DNA of 32,000 nucleotides from Elusimicrobiota bacterium (GTDB lineage Bacteria > Elusimicrobiota > Elusimicrobia > UBA1565 > UBA9628): assembly GCA_027371715.1 (NCBI GenBank), contig DAHXMM010000020.1, positions 1-32,000 on the forward strand, written 5' to 3'. Both the position numbers and the translations under genes were made by a program. Position 1 is the first letter of the stretch, and each line of letters starts with the position of its first letter. A model generated the notes under the pieces. That model saw nothing but the letters and a program-made list of their open reading frames with translations. It was not told the origin of the DNA and did no database searches. This document shows, piece after piece, positions 1 to 6,913 of the stretch.

Positions 1-2
1 TT

Positions 3-3000
3 GGAGATCATCCGACATCTATTGGATCTATCTATGAAAGCCCAGATGGAGTCAATTGGAATTTAGTTTATGCGACTTCAACAGATGCCAATTTCGGGGC
101 TCTATCCGACTTTAACGGGCAACTCTATGCCGGCAGTGTCAATGGTTCAATCTATCAAATCACCCCCGTCGCCGCGACCTTGGCCGGCTCCGATGGGACC
201 AACGCCGCAGAGAAACTCTCGGCTACCGGCCTCAATCTCGTTCAATCCACAAGTACCGTGACCTGCGGCGGGGTTTCTCCTTGCGGGGCGACTGATCAAA
301 TCATATTCACCGCCTCAGATTTGGCGGGAAATGTTTTGGAAAGCGGCCCCTACGCAATTTTAGTCGATACCACCGTCGCTCCGGCAATCTCAACGCCTTC
401 CTATCCCTCAAACGGCGCCTATCTCAACTATCAGACGAATTTCAGCTGGATAGGGCCAAGCACGACCGTCGTCTCGGGGCTCTTGCCTCCTTCCTTTTAC
501 CAACTTGAAGTCTCAAACAACGATCCCACTTTCGCGACGACTTTCGTCAATATCTCAACACCCATTCCGCCGGTCAATACCGGGCTCGCCACCGACAACG
601 GCGCTTATATCTCGACTTACACGTTCGCGAATTTGACGACCTATTATTGGCGCGTGAGAACCGTGGACGGCTTTGGGGGGACCAGCCCCTGGTCCGAGAC
701 CTTCAATTTTACCACCGATTTTTCAAGTCCGACAGCTGTCAACGGAAGTTTCGCGACGCTCAACAGTCTTGGTGGACTCGTTCCAGAAACTCAGGTCACC
801 GTTCTCCAAAACGGGGTGACGGCTCAGCTCAACATCACCGACATCGGGAGCGGGTTTTCCGCATTCAACTCCACGGATTATTCCGTCAGATATTCCACCA
901 ACGCCGGCGCTGTCTGGATTTCAGATCCCTTTTCCGCCCTCGCTTTCACGGGCTTAATCGGCCAAACCTCGACCCAAACTTTCACGGCCTACGGGCTCAA
1001 TCTCGCCGCCTCAACCAACAGCATCGTCTGCGCCGGAATTTCTCCCTGCGGCGCCAGCAATCAAATTGAATTTACGTTTTCGGATCAGGCCGGTAATTTC
1101 ACTACAGCCGGGCCTTATGCCATCATCGTCGACACTCATTCAACCGACGTCTTGGTCTCAACCGCCGATGTCGCGCCCTTGGGAATTCCGCAAAACACCT
1201 CCGTCGCTTTTATCCGATTGACTTTAAACAGTCTCGCCGGAACGGCGCCCTGGACCGGTCTGACGGTTGAACGCCTGGGAAGCGGAACGGACTCGGATGT
1301 TCAAAACGTCGCCATCTACCGCGATTCCCTAGGGACCGGAATTTTCTCGCCCTCGGATACCCAAATCACTCAAAACGCGGTTTTTTCCGGAGGCGTAGTT
1401 AATTTGACGATGACTAATCCCGAGAGCATCACGACCTCGACCAAGACCTATTTCGTGGTCTATACCGCGGCCGCCGGGGCCTTGGTTGGAGACGGTCTCC
1501 AAGCGGAAATTACCTCGACCGCCTCATTTACCTTCAACGGCGGATACGCGATGAGCGCGGCCCAGACGACGATTTATCCCTTGATTTCCAGCACCGCGAC
1601 CGTCGTCGACGGCCCTAATTATCTCTACATCACACCCACAAGCAAGGCGCCCTCGGATGACCCGCCGGGAACCGCCAATATCGAGATGCTCGCCTTAAAA
1701 GCTTATACCAATACCGGAACAAGCACTCTTTCCAAAATCGTCTTTAATCTTTTGGGCACGGGCGCCTCTAATGACATCAGCGCCATCTCCATTTACCGCG
1801 ACTCAAACGGCACCGGAGTCTATGCTAATAACGACGAACTCGTCACCAGCGGTTCGGACGCCTTTTTAAACGGAGTTTCGACCGTCGCCTTCACGACCAC
1901 CATCGCCTCCGAAACCGTGACGACTTCTCCCATTTATTATTTTGTCCTCATCAGCTTGTCTCCGAACGCGCCTTTGGGAGACACGCTGGGAGTTTCCATT
2001 TCCACCCCGTCCAATGTCGAGCTCATCGACGTCTTGGATACGACCACCTTTACAAGCAACCCCGCCGCGTCTTCCCTACTAACTATCGAATACGTCAACA
2101 CCTTGAACGTCCAGGGCGCAAGCCAGATTCCGCCGTCTCTTTTGCAGGGGCAGGAATACGCGGTGTTAAAGGCGAGTTTCACTGTCTCAACAGGGGAAAC
2201 TGCCTTTGATGGAATGGATATCACGCGCCTGGGGCTCGGGCACGATTCGGATATTTCAGCCGTAAGGATTTGGCAGGACCCCAATCCGCCCGAGGCTTTT
2301 AACCCAGCCACTTTCCTTCAGTTGAGTTCCGGAAGCTTCGTCAACGGAAACGCGCAGCTAAACTTTCCGCTTCAAACCTTGTCGGCCGGAACGACCTACG
2401 TCTATTACGTCACCTATGATATCAGCCCCACGGCCACGCAGGGAGACACGTTGGGCGGACGCATTACCAGTAATCTGGATATCTCAGACACCAATCCCGG
2501 AACGACGATTGTCGGCAATTTCTCGATTAATTCGGCCACTTCCCCCGTGGTTCCAACGACCGCGGGGCTTTTTGTCGGCGCTCAAAACGTCGCCCCCAGC
2601 GATCTCTTGCAAGGCGCGACCAATCAACAAATGCTCAATTTGACGATGGATACCACTCAATACTCGGTTCTTTTGGGAGCTTTGACCTTTAATTCCTTGG
2701 GAACGGCGGCGTCTTCCGACATCTCGCGCGTTGAGGTCTATCAAGATCTAGTGGGAAACGGAATTCTAAATACCACCAAAGATCCTCTTTTATCGGCGCT
2801 CTCATATCCTTTTATATCGGGAACCGGCATCATCCCTTTTTCATCTGGAATTACCATCAGCACCATTTCCATCACTCTTTTGGTCGCGGTGGACGTCTCA
2901 ACCGGGGCCAACTATATCAATAACGATTTTGGAATCGGCATCGCGACCCAGGCCAATATTTCGATTAATTCTCCCAATTTCGTCGTTCCCTCAACGACCA

Positions 3001-4481
3001 CTTTCCCGGCTGATTCCGGCATTATTCCCATCACCAAGTCTCCGGATGTCTTGAGCGTATTTCCGACCAACCTTATCAACCCCGCCGGCGTCGTTCAAGG
3101 CCAAAACGCGCCGGCGACGGAACTCAGTCTGATCACCCAGCACAGTTCGGTGACCTGGACGACGATTGCCGTCCAAAGAAGCGGGACCTTGCCGGATTCG
3201 GGAGTTGATTCCGTCAATGTTTATTACGACGCCGATCAAAACGGGGTGTTTGATTCCTCGGACGTCTTGGTCGGAAGCGCGCCGTTTGTTTCCGGAACGG
3301 CTAACATTTCTTTTTCCACCGCTCAGCTGGTCAATCCCGGAGGTTCGGACTATTTCGTCACGCTTCAAATCGATCCGAACGCCACACCCGGAGATACCAT
3401 TGGAATTTCTCTCTCTGGAAATTCTAACTTTAAGGTTTTGCCTCCAGATACGGTTTCGGGATCGAGCCTTCCTTTTAATTCGGCCCTGGCGCCGGTCTTA
3501 AACATAAAAACTCCGATCACGCCCGTCGTCACATTCCCCAATGGAGATTTTTCCAGTTCCTTTGACTCCATCGGATTTATCTGGTATTCGACCGTCGCCG
3601 TCGGGTCTATTTCAAGCGCGGCCTATGCCGTAGGAACGACGCCCGGGGGAACCGATATTGCGCCCTACACCAATATCCCTTTCGCCGCTTCCAGCTTTAC
3701 CGCGGTCAATCTTCTGCTCAGTAACGGCGCGACCTATTACGTATCTGTCGAAGCGACGTCCAACTACGGTTTTACCAGTCCGCCGGGAACCAGCCCCGGG
3801 TTCCTGGTCGATTTGATTACGCCCATGCCGCCGAGTAGTTTGACGGCTAATGTCGGAGTCAGCTCGATTTATCTCACCTGGAATCCCGGCAGCGCGGGGC
3901 CCTCGGGACTCGCGGGATACCTGCTTGAATATTCCGATGTCGAACATCCGACCTGGTATAACGCGAAAACCGGAGCGGTCTCCGCCCTGGAGATGGGGAC
4001 TGTCCCTAACTCCGCCAGCCCGCATTCCGTCTTGTCGGCGAATTTTATTTCCGCTTCGCCGTTCTTGTTCAATAGCCCGCCGCAAGGAACTCTGATGTTC
4101 CGCGTCAGTTCAGTCAACGGCGCGGGGGTACAAAGCGCGCCTTCCGACACCATTCGCGTGCTTTTTGGGACGCAATCGACGGCGGGAATATCCAACGTTT
4201 CCTCCTATCCCAATCCCTTTAATTCTAATTCCGGCGTGGCCACCATCGTCTATACCTTGGACGCGCCGGGAAGCGTCTCGATTCAAATCTACAGCGTCTT
4301 TGGAAGTCTCGTCAAAAGTTTCTCTTATTCCGGTGGAGGCACGGGGGGAGAAGCCGGAGTCAACACCGTCACCTGGGATGGGACGGATTCCGGGGGCCGC
4401 AAAGTATCGAAGGGAATTTACATTGCCGTCCTTAAAGCCAACGGCATGAGCGTCCAATACAAGATCGGGGTCAATCACTGA
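3..4481 (+). CDS. Very large secreted/surface protein (5' end outside window): fibronectin-III-like domains, five repeated ~150-aa modules, C-terminal FlgD-Ig-like domain
   Basis: Listed ORF starts at an internal TTG (180), but the frame is open back to position 3 (GDHPTSIGSIYESPDGVNWNLVYATST...). C-terminus YPNPFNSNSGVATIVYTLDAPGSVSIQIYSVFGSLVKSF...GVNTVTWDGTDSGGRKVSKGIYIAVLKA resembles FlgD Ig-like/sorting-type domains; FnIII-like YYWRVRTVDGFGGTSPWS. Confidence 0.85.
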   Translation, partial: GDHPTSIGSIYESPDGVNWNLVYATSTDANFGALSDFNGQLYAGSVNGSIYQITPVAATLAGSDGTNAAEKLSATGLNLVQSTSTVTCGGVSPCGATDQIIFTASDLAGNVLESGPYAILVDTTVAPAISTPSYPSNGAYLNYQTNFSWIGPSTTVVSGLLPPSFYQLEVSNNDPTFATTFVNISTPIPPVNTGLATDNGAYISTYTFANLTTYYWRVRTVDGFGGTSPWSETFNFTTDFSSPTAVNGSFATLNSLGGLVPETQVTVLQNGVTAQLNITDIGSGFSAFNSTDYSVRYSTNAGAVWISDPFSALAFTGLIGQTSTQTFTAYGLNLAASTNSIVCAGISPCGASNQIEFTFSDQAGNFTTAGPYAIIVDTHSTDVLVSTADVAPLGIPQNTSVAFIRLTLNSLAGTAPWTGLTVERLGSGTDSDVQNVAIYRDSLGTGIFSPSDTQITQNAVFSGGVVNLTMTNPESITTSTKTYFVVYTAAAGALVGDGLQAEITSTASFTFNGGYAMSAAQTTIYPLISSTATVVDGPNYLYITPTSKAPSDDPPGTANIEMLALKAYTNTGTSTLSKIVFNLLGTGASNDISAISIYRDSNGTGVYANNDELVTSGSDAFLNGVSTVAFTTTIASETVTTSPIYYFVLISLSPNAPLGDTLGVSISTPSNVELIDVLDTTTFTSNPAASSLLTIEYVNTLNVQGASQIPPSLLQGQEYAVLKASFTVSTGETAFDGMDITRLGLGHDSDISAVRIWQDPNPPEAFNPATFLQLSSGSFVNGNAQLNFPLQTLSAGTTYVYYVTYDISPTATQGDTLGGRITSNLDISDTNPGTTIVGNFSINSATSPVVPTTAGLFVGAQNVAPSDLLQGATNQQMLNLTMDTTQYSVLLGALTFNSLGTAASSDISRVEVYQDLVGNGILNTTKDPLLSALSYPFISGTGIIPFSSGITISTISITLLVAVDVSTGANYINNDFGIGIATQANISINSPNFVVPSTTTFPADSGIIPITKSPDVLSVFPTNLINPAGVVQGQNAPATELSLITQHSSVTWTTIAVQRSGTLPDSGVDSVNVYYDADQNGVFDSSDVLVGSAPFVSGTANISFSTAQLVNPGGSDYFVTLQIDPNATPGDTIGISLSGNSNFKVLPPDTVSGSSLPFNSALAPVLNIKTPITPVVTFPNGDFSSSFDSIGFIWYSTVAVGSISSAAYAVGTTPGGTDIAPYTNIPFAASSFTAVNLLLSNGATYYVSVEATSNYGFTSPPGTSPGFLVDLITPMPPSSLTANVGVSSIYLTWNPGSAGPSGLAGYLLEYSDVEHPTWYNAKTGAVSALEMGTVPNSASPHSVLSANFISASPFLFNSPPQGTLMFRVSSVNGAGVQSAPSDTIRVLFGTQSTAGISNVSSYPNPFNSNSGVATIVYTLDAPGSVSIQIYSVFGSLVKSFSYSGGGTGGEAGVNTVTWDGTDSGGRKVSKGIYIAVLKANGMSVQYKIGVNH
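3996..4006. repeat. Dispersed palindrome GGGACTGTCCC (inside the large surface-protein CDS)
   Basis: gagatgGGGACTGTCCCtaactccgcc; read as EMGTVPNS. Confidence 0.9.
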
Positions 4482-5110
4482 CATGAAAAAAAAAGGGACA
4501 GTCCCTTTTTCGGCCGCCCCACATGAGAATCCAGCCCCATTTTCTTTCTTGTCTCCAGCTCACATCCATCATCCACGATATATTTGTAAATCTCCACTCT
4601 CTTTTGGGAAAAGTCAGCCAAAGACAAATAAGCGGGGCTCTCTTCCAAAAAAGGGGACTGTCCCTTTTCTCCCAAATAAAAGCGATAACTGGACCAAGAA
4701 TAATCTTCCGGTTTCCGCGCGATGGCCGCGCGCACGGGATTTAACTCGATATAGCGGCCGCAAAGAAGAAGACTTCGGTCCGTCGGCAATAAAACGCTTT
4801 TATAGCGCCCCTGCCAGAGATGCCCCACCGAGGAATTTTTCTCTCGGAAATAATCGGAATACCCCTGTAAAAGCTTTTGCATCGCCTTGCTCAGGTCTTC
4901 CGGCTTTTGAACCTGGACCAAGAGATGAATATGGTTGGGCATCAGAACATAATGATGGATCCGAAAAGGATTTTTCACCTTGCTCCACCGCAGAATGTCC
5001 AAAAATCTCTCATAATCGGCTGTTTCATGGAACACGGCTTGACGATTATTCCCGCGCGCCATCAAGTGGTAAAACCCTCCTTCAATCAAATGTCTCCCGC
5101 ATCTTGACAT
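4475..5110 (-). CDS. REP-associated tyrosine transposase (RAYT, Y1_Tnp/IS200-like family)
   Basis: HUH motif in HYVLMPNHIHLLVQV, downstream GYSDYFREKNSSVGHLWQGRYKSVLL and YIELNPVRAAIARKPEDYSWSSYRFYLG, characteristic of RAYTs. Confidence 0.92.
   Translation of the reverse strand: MSRCGRHLIEGGFYHLMARGNNRQAVFHETADYERFLDILRWSKVKNPFRIHHYVLMPNHIHLLVQVQKPEDLSKAMQKLLQGYSDYFREKNSSVGHLWQGRYKSVLLPTDRSLLLCGRYIELNPVRAAIARKPEDYSWSSYRFYLGEKGQSPFLEESPAYLSLADFSQKRVEIYKYIVDDGCELETRKKMGLDSHVGRPKKGLSLFFSCQ
4495..4505. repeat. GGGACAGTCCC, A/T-flanked copy (inside RAYT 3' end)
   Basis: aaaaaGGGACAGTCCCttttt. Confidence 0.9.
4654..4664. repeat. GGGACTGTCCC inside RAYT CDS
   Basis: aaaaaaggGGACTGTCCCtttt; RAYT residues EKGQSPFLEE. 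Confidence 0.9.
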
Positions 5111-5186
5111 ATCAGAGTCTCCCCTTATCCGAATTATCTCCTACCTCTCATACGTCAAAAACGAGAAAAAAGTTCCCTCAAAAAAA

Positions 5187-5197
5187 GGGACAGTCCC
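5187..5197. repeat. GGGACAGTCCC, A/T-flanked copy
   Basis: AAAAAAGGGACAGTCCCTTTTTT perfect palindrome 5181-5203. Confidence 0.9.
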
Positions 5198-5205
5198 TTT
5201 TTTCA

Positions 5206-6765
5206 TTGATTCTAAACAAAAAAGGGACAGTCCCTTTTTTCTTATTTCTACTTCTCTCCTCCATATCGGCATCGGCCGCGAGCTTCTATGCGGGTTCTCC
5301 CAACGAGATATTTCAATTCGGCGCGGATGCCAGGGCCATGGGCATGGGCAACGCCTACACCGCCATTGCCGGTGGAGCGTCTTCCCTTTATTACAACCCG
5401 GCGGGCCTCGGTCTTCTCAATGGCCCCGATGTCAGCGCCATGCAGGCCAGTCTTATTGGCGGCGCGGCCTATGAAGATTTATCCTACGCCCAAAATTTCT
5501 CAAAAATGCCGGGAGCTTGGGGCGTTGAAGCCCTCAATATGGGAGTGGGAGGGGCCGAGCAAAGAGACTCTCAAAATAATCTCACCGGAAGCTTTGGTTT
5601 TCAAGAAACCGGATACGGAGCGGGATTTGGCCTAAGGAATGTCGTCATTCCGAACTTATCCTTGGGAGGCTCTTTTCAGGGGCTCAGCCGAAGCTTGGGC
5701 GGTAGTTCTTCCGACATGCTCTATGGAGCGAATTTGGGAGCCCAGTACGGCCCCTTTTTGGACAATATGGTGACCGCGGGTTTGGTCCTCCAAAACGGTT
5801 TTAACGGAGCGCAAAATACCTTTGACCGGCTACCCACGGTTTTACGCGCAGGGCTCGCCGTCACTCCCATCAATAATCTTCTCATTTCCGCGGATTACGG
5901 CGATGATGGCGATTACGGAATCGGCGCGGAATATCGAATATGGATGTTCGCCATACGAGCCGGATATATCCCCCAAGGCCTCACCTTCGGCGCCGGAATC
6001 TATTATCAATCTCTGGAAGCCGATGTCGCGATGGTCAACGATCCAATTTTTGGAATGGGGGAGAGATTCTCGCTTAATTACCGATTCGCGGGAAAGAAGA
6101 AAGAAAAGCCTCTTGAAGCTTACACTAATAGTTATCTGGATGCCGCAAAAAAAGAATTAAGTCTCCGCAATTATCTCAGCGCGCAATTCGCGCTTGAAGA
6201 AGCGATGGGAGTCTCTCCCGCTCAGATTCCTCAGACATGGAAAGAAAAACTCAAACTTCTTCAAGCTTTTAATGGCAGCCTAGATCTCAAAAACCGTCCG
6301 GATGAGGTCAAAACTCTCCTTGCAAAAGATCAACCGGCCATACTCGCCCAAAAATCGGTTTTTTCTTATTTAAACGGACGCGACGGAGACGCCATGATTT
6401 GGGCGTCCGTGGCAGCCGGAACCGCTCATAAATCCATGCCCTATATTGACTTTGTCAAGACGATGGCTTATCTTACGAATATGAAGGTTTCGGAAGGGGA
6501 TTTATTGCCTCCACCAGATTATGTTTCCAAAAAAATGGAGACTGCTCTTCATGCTATTTATCAAAAGCGTTTTGCCAATGCGGTTAAAAATTGCCAACAG
6601 GCCATCGTGGTAAACCCGAAAGAGCCTTCTGCCTGGACGCGGCTGGGTAGCGCTTATTTTGCCTGGGGACATAAGGATGAAGCCAAAAAAGCCTATCAGA
6701 AAGCTTTAGAGCTTGATCCCAAGAACGAAAATTTAAAGAAATTTATGGAGATGTATATCAAATGA
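5206..6765 (+). CDS. PorV/PorQ (UPF0164)-like outer-membrane beta-barrel protein with C-terminal TPR repeats
   Basis: FYAGSPNEIFQFGADARAMGMGNAYTAIAGGASSLYYNPAGLGLLNGPDVSAMQASLI is typical of the PorV-like family; C-terminal EPSAWTRLGSAYFAWGHKDEAKKAYQKALELDPKNENLKKF is a TPR. The track ORF starts at 4483, but 4483-5205 is antisense to the RAYT. TTG 5206 gives MILNKKGTVPFFLFLLLSSISASA/ASF, a plausible signal peptide. Start uncertain. Confidence 0.8.
   Translation: MILNKKGTVPFFLFLLLSSISASAASFYAGSPNEIFQFGADARAMGMGNAYTAIAGGASSLYYNPAGLGLLNGPDVSAMQASLIGGAAYEDLSYAQNFSKMPGAWGVEALNMGVGGAEQRDSQNNLTGSFGFQETGYGAGFGLRNVVIPNLSLGGSFQGLSRSLGGSSSDMLYGANLGAQYGPFLDNMVTAGLVLQNGFNGAQNTFDRLPTVLRAGLAVTPINNLLISADYGDDGDYGIGAEYRIWMFAIRAGYIPQGLTFGAGIYYQSLEADVAMVNDPIFGMGERFSLNYRFAGKKKEKPLEAYTNSYLDAAKKELSLRNYLSAQFALEEAMGVSPAQIPQTWKEKLKLLQAFNGSLDLKNRPDEVKTLLAKDQPAILAQKSVFSYLNGRDGDAMIWASVAAGTAHKSMPYIDFVKTMAYLTNMKVSEGDLLPPPDYVSKKMETALHAIYQKRFANAVKNCQQAIVVNPKEPSAWTRLGSAYFAWGHKDEAKKAYQKALELDPKNENLKKFMEMYIK
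5224..5234. repeat. GGGACAGTCCC, A/T-flanked copy overlapping a predicted signal peptide
   Basis: AAAAAAGGGACAGTCCCTTTTTT perfect palindrome 5218-5240. Confidence 0.9.
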
Positions 6766-6900
6766 AAGAAACGGAAAGTAAAAGAAAGTTACGGAAAGAA
6801 AATGAAAGAAACAGAAAAAGGCCTTACCTTGCTCTTCGTTCCTTTCTGTTGCTTTCCGTTACTTGCCGTTGCTTTCCGTTTCTTGCCGTTGCTCGCCGTT
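6761..6900. repeat. Inverted pair of imperfect 20-bp tandem arrays (three purine-rich units, then three pyrimidine-rich units)
   Basis: 6761-6820: aatgaaagaaacggaaagta / aaagaaagttacggaaagaa / aatgaaagaaacagaaaaag. 6841-6900: cctttctgttgctttccgtt / acttgccgttgctttccgtt / tcttgccgttgctcgccgtt. The reverse complement of unit 1 shares CTTTCCGTTTCTT with 6872-6884. Confidence 0.75.
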
Positions 6901-6903
6901 GCT

Positions 6904-6908
6904 GGAGG
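6904..6908 (+). promoter_or_regulatory. Shine-Dalgarno GGAGG upstream of ATG 6914
   Basis: gctGGAGGttatcATG. Confidence 0.7.
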
Positions 6909-6913
6909 TTATC

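Larger units (their letters stand above)
4475..5240. mobile_element. RAYT unit bracketed by A-tract/T-tract copies of the GGGACAGTCCC palindrome
   Basis: RAYT CDS with AAAAAGGGACAGTCCCTTTTT at 4490-4510, AAAAAAGGGACAGTCCCTTTTTT at 5181-5203 and 5218-5240, and one copy inside the gene (4654-4664). Confidence 0.6.

Noticed and set aside
2991-4085. Antisense ORFs 2991-3368 and 3612-4085 (also 1937-2311, 4110-4484)
   Set aside because: Shadow ORFs opposite the large high-GC surface-protein CDS, with no recognisable domains.
4483-5205. N-terminal extension of the 760-aa track ORF (MKKKGTVPFSAAPHENPAPF...)
   Set aside because: It is entirely opposite the well-supported RAYT gene and rich in low-complexity, arginine/proline antisense residues; a signal peptide begins only at about 5206.
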